Origin: Ylistrum balloti
Lineage: Eukaryota
NCBI RefSeq assembly: GCF_031769215.1
Contig: NW_026782081.1
Location: forward strand, 2,232,001-2,296,000
Direction of reading: 5' to 3'
Length of the DNA: 64,000 nucleotides
Shown: positions 1 through 13,209 of the stretch, in pieces
Position numbering within the stretch: position 1 is the first letter of the stretch
How the letters are laid out: each line of letters opens with the position of its first letter
The notes under the pieces: model-generated
What the model saw: only the letters and a program-made list of their open reading frames with translations
The model's database searches: none
What the model was told of the DNA's origin: nothing
Translations under genes and position numbers: made by a program

Positions 1-129
1 TCTGAAACATAAAAGAGAAAAAAATACCATGTGGATTACGAATGTTTGGCACAAATATGTAATTTGCCAAAGAATAAATGTATATTTGCATATTTTTTCT
101 ATGACAACATTTATATTAGAACAATATAA

Positions 130-280
130 AGAAAATTTAGCAAATGGATGTCTCAAGGTTTATTGGGTGTTTTACAACATAGGAATCGTATCCGAAGAGT
201 GGAGAAAAAGCTATGCCATTTTCGTATATAATTTTACTGTTAACATCTTGTTAGGTATGTTGTGGTGGTGTAATGTTTAA
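130..280 (+). mobile_element. Possible degraded non-LTR (LINE) ORF2 fragment
   Basis: The ORF 29..280 translation contains VFYNIGIVSEEWRKS, resembling the 'G.VP.EW+.' segment just upstream of the RT domain in CR1/L2/RTE-type LINEs. Short and degenerate. Confidence 0.2.
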
Positions 281-2135
281 GCAGTTGTAGATGTAGTCAA
301 AAGTTATCTTCCTTCGTCAATTGTATTACAATTCCATACACACAGATAAATATATATACACGTACCCTAATTCAAGGTGGCCTAATGAAATTCTCATTTG
401 TCAAAAATCTAAAAAATTTGAAGATGAAAGGTCCAATATTCAAAGTTGCGTTTCACTTTTAAGTTATTCCTCACAAGAGATATTCTATTGAACCGTAAAG
501 TTGAGGTTGCGTTTCTTTTTCCTTTTAGTATAGAAATGCTTATGTGGCATTAATGAATTATCACAAATCTCTACCCTACCCGGTTGACTTTAGGAAATTC
601 TATTTAAGAGTGTGGAATAGGTTATACTGTGTTGCTAAGAAATATCACTTATTTGTTTGTTAATCACTTTCCTAACTTGTTATAAATGATCAATATACAT
701 TGCATTTTATAAAGCATCAGCCCTACATCCAAAACCTATTATGTCTACTTGTCGCAGTTAATTCGATATTCAAGGGCTAATTCCAAGTGTCATGCTTTTC
801 GAGCAAGACGTCGGCTAATGAAAGGGTTTCGAGAGATGCACGCTAATGAAAACTATAGGGAAGTTGAATGGTCATAATAATTCCTTGTGTAATATAAAGA
901 CACATGTGTTAGATGCTATTTAGTATGCCTGGTCAACCAGATGTTGTTTACCCTGTTCCTATTTTGGAACGTGGCATTACTTGGATTAAGCAGGATTTAC
1001 ACTCTTACTCCTCGAACTAGTGTGTGCTGACATGCTTTTGTTCTTGGGCAAAAGACTCTATGGTTTAAAATGGGCCCTTGTATATTGTCTGATGTTATAC
1101 CAAGCAAGCAAACAAACAAACCTATTTCATTCAGAATTAAACTTTAAGGCAATCTTTACCTCACACAAGGTACACAGGATTGTATACTAGTTTCATGTTT
1201 AGTTATGAATACAAATAATAAACTGAAGTTGGAAAGCGAAGGCGTAACATAAATGCTGTTCATGAAACTGACGATTCGATTCCCTCATTGACATTTGAGC
1301 ACAATGCGTTCTGAATACAACTGTGTGCCCAAATATCCTTGCCAAGAGAGATGACAATAGTAATTTCAAGAGATGAAGACAATGAAAGCAATAAAAAAAA
1401 AATTGTGAAAAGCTCACCGAACTTTTATTCATTTTTGTCAAATAGTGTCTAAAACTGGACTACGTTAATGTACTTTGAAAACATCTCAAACTGCATTAAA
1501 TATTGGAGCAAATCAATGCACCTTGAAAACGTTTTTCAGAGTGACTCATTTTGTGCATTTTCATGTTTCCGATTCATGTCACGTTGAAAAATACGCATAG
1601 TCGACATATGTTACAACATTCTTTCAAAAAAGTTAGCACTTTGATTTACTTTTTTGAATTGCGTTAAATTCGGGACAAGCTCAACGCACTCTTAAAAAGA
1701 AGTCAAGATCGCCCCGAGTCAACATATTTTCAACGAGAAGTCAAAATTGAGTTAAAAAGGAAAAAAACACCCTACTTTGAAATAATGTTAAATGACAACT
1801 CTTTTATATTTCTTCTGACTTCTATTTGGTTTCCCAAAACGGATCCGACATTTGATGTTTCTTATAATTATTGAATACCTCTATTTGTTGCCGTAGATTC
1901 ACTGAAATGCAAATATTGATCAATTCTGATGAAATTTGGTATGTATGTGCATTATTAGAAAACGGAGACTTACTTCATTTCCATTTCAACAAAATAACCA
2001 TCTTATCATTCAAAGACCTTGTATTGGTTAACATCTAAATATTCTACGATTTCAATGAAAATGTTGGAATGTGTATCCTGATGCAATACAATAGACGTCA
2101 CTTTCGGGCCGCTTATTAATCTCTTACTGGAAATA

Positions 2136-2600
2136 ATGATGGTTACATTTGACTGGCTTTTCCTACAACGAAATCAACATGGACAGCTTTCCACCAAGTT
2201 GTATGATAAATGTGATTTCAATTTCCCTATTGAGAATTTTCCATTTCTGAATTGCAATATCCCTGCATCTCCAACCTTTGGTGTTTACATGTCACGGTTG
2301 ATTCGATATTCAAGGGCCTGTTCCCATTATAACGATTTTCGTGCAAGAAGTCGTCAACTGACTGACAAACTCGTAACATAAGGGTTCAAAAGATGCAGGT
2401 TGATATAATTATGGTATAATTAAGTTTTATGGTCGCCATAGTGAACTCATTTAGAACTATTCTATTTCTTTGTGTGACATGAAGCTTTCGGAACACCTGG
2501 TCTTATTCTCTATCTATTTTGTTTAGTAGTATCCGTGTAAAACTTTCTTTTTTTTCATATCCTGCCCTAATTTTATGAAATTTGAGTTTAGATTATGATT
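2136..2600 (+). mobile_element. Penelope-like retroelement remnant (RT C-terminal region plus 3' tail)
   Basis: Translation GQLSTKLYDK-DFNFPIENFPFLNCNIPASPTFGVYMSRLIRYSRACSHYNDF matches the LYDKRDDFNF..NFPFL.SNIP..P.YGVYISQLIRY.RAC motif of invertebrate Penelope-like elements. Interrupted by an indel and stops. The tail 'ggaacacctggtc...tttgagtttagattatg' is shared with copies near 15570, 16860 and 18800. Confidence 0.75.
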
Positions 2601-2696
2601 CTGTTGCCATGTTGATATTTTCGTGATGTTTTTTTCTTTACCCCCTTGGCAGAAACTAAACATTACCAATAATACTGTTGAGGCCAGCCCAAAATC

Positions 2697-3760
2697 AAGA
2701 GGATCAACGGGTCTGCATCACTCACCTAGTACACTTCTCACATCAATAACCTTGTAAATAGGCTAAAATAACGCTAAAAACAAAATTTTCTCGGACTCGT
2801 ATACGTACGTCTCTATCCGTCAATGACCAAATACAACCATCCTGCATATTTCTTTTGATATTCAGAAGTTGTTTTAGAATTGTCAGACATAGTTGATCTT
2901 TGCGTCCTTGGATATAGAAGAAAGTTATTCATTTGAACAAACTTTGTTTCCCTTTATCCCAGCATGCTATTAGTCAAATATGATCACCATAGGTCTTTTG
3001 GTTATTCAGACGAATTTGTTTAAAGATTGTAATATATTTATCATGTGTGACCTTAAAAATGGACGGAGGTCATTCTTTTGAACAAAGTTGTTAGTTCTTG
3101 TTCCAGAAGGAGAAATATAGTTAATTGTAAGAACAAAATGCATAGTTTCTTAAGTAACTTTATATCATTCAAGTTTACAAAATGTTTATGTTTTTGGGAT
3201 AAAACCATTTAAAAAAAATAACTTCATATATAAGCTTATACACAGTGAAATACAGACATGGAACTACATATACATAGAGCACTACTGGCTTCGAATTTGT
3301 AATGTTGCCTTAAACATAAATTATTTTCTCATATTGCACAAGCAAAGGACGAAGGTTTGGTTAAAATACTAGAGATATAGATGTATGAAACAAGCATTTA
3401 ACACTGACAAGTTATTAAACAAATGAGTCACAAAAACAAGAGATCTTAAAACCATATTTATAATATCAAATGTAAGAATCCCCTTCTTTAAAACAAGAGG
3501 TCCTATATAGCTTTTACTACTCACCTGGTTTTGTTTAATTCAAACTAAGGGTCAGAAAATTTGCTATATATCCCCTAAATGGTCCCATCCTTTCCGACAG
3601 AGGAGGCTAACACCAAACATTTCTTTAAACCCTATTCCTTTTTACCAAAGGATGCCTCATATCACATTGTTATAATAAATCTTTCCTGCAAACGTATAAG
3701 AATTTTCATGTAAGAATAATTTCCCTCTTTTGGGTCAAGCTCCCTTAAACAAATATTTCA
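2697..3760. mobile_element. Two remnants of the 'acaagagg...ctcacct' non-autonomous element family (Helentron/HINE-like)
   Basis: caagaggatcaacgggtctgcatcactcacc (2697) and acaagaggtcctatatagcttttactactcacctgg (3494) resemble the terminus seen again at 46657. The family label is recalled from bivalve repeats, not verified. Confidence 0.4.
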
Positions 3761-4602
3761 ACATGATGTTCCAATCAGCATCATCTTAAATATACACGAA
3801 AACAATAGCAGTTTACATACCAGTAAACGATAAAATGAAAAATTATCTTTAATTGTATGACATTGTTATAACTGTGTTGAGTTTGTTCAATTTTTAAGGC
3901 AATTTGAAATAATTTTTTAAAGTGCGTTGACAAGGTCAATATTTTGACGCAATTAGAAATAGAAATCTTAAGTGCTTTGAGCTTATTCGAAAGTTAACGC
4001 GTTAGTGCGTAATGATTTCAAAGAGCTTTGTAACAATGTATTGGTCACCTGAGATGATTGATATTTATATGATATAGATTGTGGCGGTAGTATAAAAGCA
4101 TACAGAGAAAGAGCTGTGTGAAATAAGTATCCTATGCATCTTTATTTAGGAAATGGAACGTGAGGATATGTTAGTGTCCATTTCTTATATGAAGTGTGCT
4201 ACATACTCCTACACACCCCTGGTATATACCTTTACACAAATGTTTATGTACACCAACATTCTCATTTGCAAAGCTATCATCACCCAATAATATCATCCAT
4301 GCAAGAAATCAGCATTCTAAATCCAATATCAACTAAATGACAACGCACTATACAGAAATGCAAAAAATAAACGCTGAATAAAACGAAAAAAATTGTTTGG
4401 GGTAAACAAGTAAAAAAAAAGCAAAAACTATAAGTGAAATGGTACTGTCCAACGAAGGTGTTGACCAAACTGCATGTCTTCTAGATGCTCGGAAAATGGC
4501 AGTTTCTCCAAATATGAAAGTTATACCCCCTCCAACTTCATGGATGGGGTAAAAATATAAGCCACGAGTCATATCTGCTGGAGGTATGTACACGGTACTT
4601 AC

Positions 4603-7600
4603 TGGCATCTTTGACCACGTGAGCTGCTGTCATCACTAGGTTTTCCTTTAGAAGGAAACCAGTACCCTGTAAATTTCCTGGCCCACGGATGATACCAACT
4701 GACTTTTGAGCTTTGGCCAACATATCAACAGCACGGGTTGGTAGATTGTCATCATCTGCTTTCCTGAATTTATCTCCACCTCCCAACTTCTGTACTCCTG
4801 TAATAATTCAGATTTCATTCACAAATCTTTAAATCAGGACCAATCATCTGTGTAGCAGTGCAACTGAATGGCACAGTACATACAACGCACATAAAAGGGA
4901 GAGAGCAGTTCATTATATTTACCAACATAAATAATTTCCAGTATTATTGAAACCCATATTGAAATAATGATCAAAATTGAAATATTATTTCAATAGTGAA
5001 AAACATTATTGCAATAGTGGTCGCAGATTCAATTGAAATACGGCTACATTTGAAATAATGTCAACTCTATTGAAGTATTTTTTTTCAATAGTCAACGTGG
5101 CATGCGACATCGCCGTTTTTGGTTCGACAACTGTAGAAGTAATTTCGTTCAAATACACCCGAGATTGTTGAAATAGCCTACAATTGTTCAGTTTCATTGC
5201 AAAATCCTGAGTATATTCTTGCCATTTAAAAAAAATAGGTATAACCAGGCCTGGAATCGAACCGGCACAAATCTGAGAACGTGAAACTGGGTTTTCTAAT
5301 TGCTTGTTGTTGTAATGTTGCTTAACGTCACACTAGCAATTTTTCATCTATTCGCGATGAGAACTATTTTGTTATCCTGCTTGATCTCAGTTGTTTGTAT
5401 TTAGTTGCAATGACATAAGAATGCAGAAAGCATTTTGATTCACACAACGGCGCGTTTTTTGTTCGTGTGTAGAAGCCCAACTGATTTTTATCAGTCAATT
5501 CCCTGCGCTCTTCAAAATAATTTGTCGCAAACTGTTCAAAACATATATGGTGACTAACACTTCTCAAGTAGGGATTCCCGCCCTTTGGGTGCGAAACTTG
5601 TCAGATACTATAGGAGAGCGGTTTACCCCTATTTCCTCCTTGAAAAAACGGCATGTCCATAGATAACTTTGTGTGTCGACATTAAATACCTATGCTCGGA
5701 TTCAAAGGAGGTGTGTTCAGTATCACTATAATGGGGTAGTAGTGTCTAACTGCAGCACATTGCTCCAGTGAACTGGGACTCAAGAAGTCTGCAGGATTTT
5801 CGCTCCAGTACAAGCGGTCCATAAGCACCCATTACACACAGCATATATTATGCATTCCGTCCGCAAATGACAATAATTGTAACGTGTACATTAAGCCCGT
5901 TACCGCCACCTCGATCAGGTCACAATGGTACACTCCATTACAACCTGGGGTGTATTTGAATGAAAATTATTTCAACAGTGGTTGAACCAATACAGCGATA
6001 TCGCATGCTGCGTTCACTATTTAAATAACATTTCAATACAGCTGACATTATTACAATAGTATCCATGATTGAATTGAATCTGCAACCACCAATGAAGTAT
6101 TTTTTTTCAATAGTGAACATTATTTCAATAGAGGCATCAACACAGCATACAAATGTATATTTTGTTACATTAAGCAACTTCAATAACATACTTTGACATG
6201 CTTTTCGCAAATATGAATTATTTAAGTACATGTAAGCATCACCAATAATGCATACCTGACTTATCTTTGCGTTTAGGAGATGGTGGCTTCTTTGGCACTG
6301 GTACAGTGATGTTGTTGTATGTAGTCTTCCTATGATTATGTATGATGTTAATCGACTCTACATATTCTATCACTTGAACACCTATTAATATCAAAGTATA
6401 CATAATTGCAGAATTATGTGTTATGTCTAATGAAATTCTGTGTTCAACAGAAGGGGGGTTAGAGTTGGAGGGTTGGTTAGTTGGAGGGGGGGGGGGGTGG
6501 TGCAGGAGGAGGAGGAGGACATCGTTAATGACGGTCATCTGGTGGCCTTAACCCTTATCAAACTTCAGAAAATTGTGTTCTCTTGGAGACATTTTCAATA
6601 ACAAAATCACCAATGATCAACATAAAGATATACAAGAATAATGCCTACCTTTTGCGGAGATTTCTTGGTCACTAATAGCATCCTCCTGAAAAACGATGTT
6701 TTTATAAGCCATGAATTATGTATAACGGTAGTATAAAATAAATCATATACTAGTATTCAAAATGTCTTGTAAACTGATGTGGTAGATAATATGTACAAGG
6801 GGTAAAGACAGTTATTAGCAGCATTCAAGAACTATGTTTGTCCTGTAGTTAATTTCCATGTAACAAATGAATGTCCTGAGAATGAATTTTAAGTTGTTTT
6901 TTCACATAGTGAGAGTTCTGTACAAATGACATTCATATATTGTTTCTAAATATTGTTGACATTCACAAAATGCTTATAAACATAACTGACTTTCACAAAT
7001 TGCTTCTAAACATAGTTGACATTCACATATTGATTCTAAACATAGTTGACATTCACATATTGTTTCTAAACATAGCTGAAATTCAAATACTGTTTGTAAA
7101 CAATGCTGACATTCATACATTGCTTCTAAACGAAGTTGACATTCACATATAATTTAACCGAAGTTGACATGCACATATTGTTTCTAAACATAGTTGACAT
7201 TCACAAATTGTTTTTCACCGAAGTTGACATTCATACATTGTTTCTAATCGAAGCTGACATTCACATATTGTTTCTTAACATAGCTGACATTCACATATTG
7301 CTTCTAAACGTAGTTGACATTCACATATTGTTTCTTAACTTAGCTGACATTCACATATTGCTTCTAAACGTAGTTGACATTCACATATCATTTCTAAACG
7401 AAGTTGACATTCATATATTGTTTTAACCGAAGTTGACATTCACATACCATTTCTAAACGAAGTTGACATTCACATTGTTTCTTAACGAAGTTGACATTCA
7501 CATATTGTTTCTAAACATAGCTGACATTCACATATTGTTTCTAAACGAAATTGACATTCACATATTGCTTCTAAACATAGTTGACATTCATATATTGTTT

Positions 7601-10600
7601 CAAATTGTAGATGACATTCACATATTGTTTCTAAACGTAGTTGACATTCACATATTGTTTCTAAGCATAATTGACATTAACATTTGGTTCTTAACAATGC
7701 TGACATTCATACATTGTTTCTAAATGAAGTTGACATTCACATATCAATTCTAAACGAAGATGACATTCACATATTGCCTTTAAACGAAAATGGCATTCAC
7801 ATATTGCCTCTAAACGAAGTTGACATTCACATTGTTTCTTAACGAAGTTGACATTCACATATTGTTTCGAAACATAGCTGACATTCACATATTGTTTCTA
7901 AAGGAAGTTGACATTCACGTATTGTTTGTAAACGAAACTGACATTCATACATTGTTTCAAATTGTAGATGACATTCACATATTGTTTCTTAACATAGCTG
8001 ACATTCACATATTGTTTCTAAACGAAGTTGACATTCACATACCATTTCTAAACGAAGTTGACATTCATATATTGTTTCTAAACAATGCTGACATTCATCC
8101 ATTGATTCTAAACGAAGTTGACATTCACATATTTTTTTTAACCGAAGTTGACATGCACATATTGTTTCTAAACATAGTTGACATTCACATATTGTTTCTA
8201 AACGAAGTTGACATTCACATATTGTTTCTAAACGAAACTGACATTCATATATTGTTTCAAATTGTAGATGACATTCACATATTGTTTCTAAACGTAGTTG
8301 ACATTCACATATTGTTTCTAAGCATAGTTGACATTCACATTTGGTTCTTAACAATGCTGACATTCATACATTGTTTCTAAATGAAGTTGACATTCACATA
8401 TCAATTCTAAACGAAGATGACATTCACATATTGCCTTTAAACGAAAATGGCATTCACATATTGCCTCTAAACGAAGTTGACATTCATATTGTTTATTAAC
8501 GAAGTTGACATTCACATATTGTTTCTAAACATAGCTGACATTCACATATTGTTTCTAAACGAAATTGACATTCACATATTGTTTCTAAACATAGTTGACA
8601 TTTACATATTTTTATAAACGTAAATGACATTCACACATTGTTTCAAATTGTAGATGACATTCACATATTGTTTCTAAACATAGTTGACATTCACATATTG
8701 TTTCTAAGCATAGTTGACATTCACATATTGTTTCTAAACGAAGTTGACATTCATATATTGACATTCACATATTGTTTCTAAACATAGCTGACATTCACAT
8801 ATTGTCTTTAACCGAAGATGACATTCACATATCATTTCTAAACATAGTTGATATTCTCATATCGTTTGTAAACGAAACTGACATTCATACATTGTTTCAA
8901 ATTGTAGATGACATTCACATATTGTTTCTAAACATAGTTGACATTCACATATTGTTTCTAAGCATAGTTGACATTCACATTTGGTTCTAAACAATGCTGA
9001 CATTCATACATTGCCTCTAAACGAAGTTGACATTCATATATTGTTTCTTAACGAAGCTGACATTCACATATTGTTTCTAAACATAGCTGACATTCACATC
9101 TTGTTTCTTAACAAAGATGACATTCATACATTGTTTCTAAACGAAATTGACATTCACATATTGTTTCTAAACATAGTTGACATTTACATATTGTTTATAA
9201 ACGAAACTGACATTAATACATTGTTTCAAATTGTAGATGACTTTCACATCTTGTTTCTTAACGAAGATGACATTCATACATTGTTTCTAAACGAAATTGA
9301 CATTCACATATTGTTTCTAAACATTGCTGACATTCATATGTTTCTTCTAAAATAGTTAACATTCACATATTGCTTGGAAACGTAGCTGACATTCATATTT
9401 TGCCTCTAAACGTAGCTGACATTCATATTATGTCGTTTTAATGTAGCTTCTTGACATCCGGTATCTAGCACTTTGATATCAGTTATTTAGTTATTTTAAA
9501 ATAAGTCTGTAGTTTTCCACATGTCTACTTTTAATTAACTAATTCCTCCTCTTACCTGTCTGTGCTTTTCTCTGGGATTTGTTACATCAGGACCTTATAA
9601 AAAATGTCAGAAGAAAATTGTTTACTAATCACCAAAGGGCTGCATAGGCATGAGGTATTGTTCTAGTATCTACACAGACAAAATGTGATATCACTACTTT
9701 TGTTGTTAATATATAGAGCTCACACTGTCAGTGTCTTAAAATATAAGCTGTATTAATTTAAATGTGATGGAAGAAAGAGATGGCGAATCTTTGACGAGTG
9801 GCTGGTCAGTTTTGTTTTTCTGTACCGAGCCATAATGAACATTATACTTAAAACAATGGCCTTGTAATTTATCAACAAACGAGCATTATGTATATGAATA
9901 TTTTTTTTGTATTTTTATGTACCTTTTTACAAAATAAACTTAAAACAATTCTGTAACACTGTTTGAAAATTCAGACTATCAAAAACTTTAACAGTTTCAG
10001 GAACATCATCACCAATGTTGTCGTATTCATTCACGAGAAAGATGTTTGAAGTCTCCTACATGTACCTTTACACTACATCTTGCATGAAGTGATGTCATAA
10101 CTGAATTACGTCTAATACCCTATTGTCATTCTGATGTACATAGATGTACTTAGAAATGAGTTTTTTATATGCAAATTTGACACAATATGAATTTTTGTAT
10201 GCAATTTATGAGATAATAATTAATGTACAATAAAACGTTTGTTACCCCAGTATGTAGAAATCAATCTATCTCAGTCTGACATTATGTAACATCTCATATT
10301 TCCAATGATATTTTAAACAATGATGTCAGCCCTCGATGGAGATCAATTATTCTTTAGGACTAACAATTAAGCAAGCTTTTTAAAATGACGGCCATTTTAA
10401 ATGCAGCTTTAGCATTTTATGTAGGACCACTCTTGATCAGGATCAACATGTTCCTATAGGCTTGTCTCTAAACAATAGAGCTAAAACAAACATCAACACC
10501 ACATCAATACCAGATAATGTAGACTCTTCCACGGATGCTTTTCTTTGTCTAGCAGTGATTGCCAGCTCCCCAGACGAGGATGTTTGATCTTCATGAGGAA

Positions 10601-10679
10601 TTGACTGTTTATATTTCTCCTCCTGTTTACTACAGCAAGAAAAACCACATGTGCGCATCTTGCTTCCACTCGTTCCCAT
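4603..10679 (-). CDS. Trypsin-like (Trypsin_2/FAM111-type) serine protease with N-terminal lipidation motif; 5' part only
   Basis: Exons 10679-10511, 9593-9556, 6685-6649, 6381-6256 and 4797-4603, all GT-AG with compatible phases (1,0,1,1,1). Protein: MGTSGSKMRTCGFSCCSK...KKPPSPKRKDKSGVQKLGGGDKF...AQKSVGIIRGPGNLQGTGFLLKENLVMTAAHVVKDA. GTGFLL...VMTAAHVV is the catalytic-His strand of S1 proteases. Exons with the catalytic Asp and Ser were not found in 1-4602. The acceptor at 6381 was chosen by phase. Confidence 0.7.
6927..9430. repeat. 30-bp minisatellite array (about 83 units) inside a protease intron
   Basis: Consensus GTTGACATTCACATATTGTTTCTAAAC(ATA/GAA), continuous over about 2.5 kb, with occasional 28-bp units and internal block duplications. 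Confidence 0.97.
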
Positions 10680-11574
10680 GGTGTTGGCTATTTGAAGTAT
10701 CCTCCCACTTTGGAGAGCAAACAAAATGTGTTGATTCTTGTTTAAAAAAGTCTGTGTTTTTCTGTTTTTGTAAATAATATTTTGCTTCTTTCATCACTCT
10801 GAAATGAAATTAAGAAAAGATGTTGTTAATGGTTGATAATACTAACACAACATATCAGTCTTTTGATGATAAATATGTTTCAGTTTTGTTATGATAGATG
10901 TCAATTATAATATTTACATATATATCATATCCATTTGGACTATGAAAGCAAGAAGACTTTGAATTATTTCAGGAAAATAATGTGACAGTATTCTCTTTGT
11001 TTTAGTTTATTAATTAGATGTAATTAGGAAATATTCTGGCCATGTCAGATATGTATATTTCATATTTACTGACAAGGGTCAGATTAATGTTATTCACCTA
11101 ATAATATATTTTTTAATGTGTTCAATATTTATTAAATATTTATTTATGTGTTTTGATAATGATTATTTCTATAAATATAAAAAGGATCATGTTCATGTAG
11201 GGAAAACATTTTTAATAAAATTGTATTAATATAAAAGCACTGTACGACTTGGACATGAAACATTCACAGAAGACCTGACATGATGTGGACAGTTTTTATA
11301 GCTTAGATTCTATCTGGAGGGAAAATAGTGTTGGTGCTAGATCCTTTGTGAGCAGAGCAGAATTAGATTTTTAACGGTAAACATCAGGTTCTGAGACAAG
11401 AAGAATTTTTAGACCAAGGACTGATAATTTGGTAAATGTTATTTGATATTGTTAACATATATTTGTTATTTAGATATTGATAATCTATTGTTGCTGTAAC
11501 AACTGTGAGAAAATATATCAATTTAATCGCCCCGGCCAATGTTTTGTATTGTTGTAGAAACAGGTCACACATAC

Positions 11575-11685
11575 TCGTGGTCATTGTATATTGAATTTAT
11601 TCAACTCTCGTTTGTTATTTTTCAAAAGTTACAAAAAACACCAGCTTTAGCGAGTTAAATAAATTCAATATACAATGACCACTCG
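11575..11685. mobile_element. MITE-like element with about 32-bp terminal inverted repeats
   Basis: gtggtcattgtatattgaatttattcaactc (from 11577) is the near-perfect reverse complement of cgagttaaataaattcaatatacaatgaccac (11651-11682). Confidence 0.75.
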
Positions 11686-12180
11686 TAACTATTTAGTATA
11701 TATCAAGCAGATTAATATTCACTGTAAATATAGATGGGTGGGAAGTGATTTAGATCTGTTAATCAAAAAAGTTACCAAATAGTTATTCACTTTTGATCTA
11801 TCTTATCTAAGAAATGTGGATTACTTTTATAAAGAGAAAATGCAGAAGAGAATAAAGGTAACATTAATCAAAATTTCCCTGTATAAGCATCTGAACAATA
11901 TATACAATGGGTTTAATACATCATTTTTGTGTGTATTTCATATGTGTGAAAATATGTATTTAGTTGCATCAAAGTTCCATAGTTTGTATACAAGGTAGGA
12001 GGAATGTAAGTCTCTAATATTTTTGAACTATCTCTTTGTAAAATGTTTGATTCCTCTGTGACATGCATTTGAATCTGTTATGGTTTTATACAGATTCTTG
12101 GTAATTTTACTTTTGGATATATGTCTTCTAAATGGAGCGAAACGGATAGTAATCAAACGATAATGTTTGTTTTCGAAAAT

Positions 12181-12253
12181 TGGAGAATCCGGGTATCGAT
12201 CCCGGTACCTCTCACATGCTAAGCGAGCGCTCTGCCATTTGAGCTAATTCCCC
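12181..12253 (-). tRNA. tRNA-Ala-AGC: tRNA-Ala(AGC)
   Basis: Minus strand GGGGAATTAGCTCAAATGGCAGAGCGCTCGCTTAGCATGTGAGAGGTACCGGGATCGATACCCGGATTCTCCA, 73 nt. Full cloverleaf, anticodon AGC, the ATCGATA T-loop typical of eukaryotic tRNA-Ala, and a TTTT Pol III terminator immediately downstream. Confidence 0.96.
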
Positions 12254-13209
12254 TTAACCAACGTTTCAATGCCAAACCAAACAGTAGGTTATATCACAAG
12301 CATTCTCGCTACCCATCGTCTATCAAGCTTATACCATGTACTAATGGAGTGAAACGAAGGGCAGTAACTCTGGTAGATAAGAACGAACCACACTGGTCCA
12401 CAGGATCTAACAAAGCTAATATGATGTTTCATTTTGTAAAACTTTAACAAAATGCTCGTTCAGCTGTAAGCAACTGGAGTGCTCGGCTGTAATCAACAGA
12501 ACAGTTCTCCTGTGCACATTACTAAATGGATCTACACTTCTGTTCAATATACAGAAAATATCGTCCTGTTTCGATTTAAGTTCATTAGAAAATTGTGATG
12601 TCATCAACAGTTTGTTTCCTGATAACAATTGACGCTTTTGTCCTTTCACATAACATTGTATTTTTTCTCAAAGATATACTTAACTATGATATCACATTCT
12701 CGAGATATTGTATAAACACAAACATACTTACATATTTCTTGTAATGTAGTTTTCTGTTTAATGGTAAATGGGGATTTCCAATAACACTCACTAATTTAAA
12801 CGTTGTCTCAAAACATTAAACATCTTGAATTTTCGTTCTCTTAAAGTTTATATTATCAACAATACCCAGTTTATTGTACAGTCATTTATGCATTACAGAT
12901 AGATAGCACGAAAGCAATTAATGTAGTCATAAACATTACAATAGTTTTACAATCCGTGACTTTTCTCGTTATGACAAAACGAAGGGCGTAAACTTTTCAT
13001 GTTTCTGCGGTTTTATTCAGTTTGAGTTATCTCCCTTCATGTAATATACCTTATTAATGTAATTAACAATGATTGAGTTATTTGTAAAGAAAACTGGTGT
13101 TTTCTATATATGTAATCATACTTTATAAGTGAATAAATATATACGTCTTACGTATTTTGGGTTATGAGATAGGTTTTGGTGCTTTGTTAATCTGCAAAAT
13201 AATGACACC

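Noticed and set aside
1009-1088. Phase-compatible candidate next exon of the protease (NIQGPILNHRVFCPRTKACQHTLVRG)
   Set aside because: Splice signals are plausible, but the peptide has no protease resemblance and the flank looks like a repeat tail.
5244-5300. tRNA-like B-box (ggaatcgaacc)
   Set aside because: No cloverleaf; at most a SINE-head remnant.
6470-6540. Poly-Pro/poly-Leu tract as an exon
   Set aside because: The Pro-rich frame is bounded by stops and the model closes in phase without it.
6940-9355. ORFs of NIVDIHILFL or ECQLRLETIC repeats, up to 186 aa
   Set aside because: By-products of a 30-bp unit that lacks stops in some frames. Frames are broken by 28-bp units and the array lies inside an intron.
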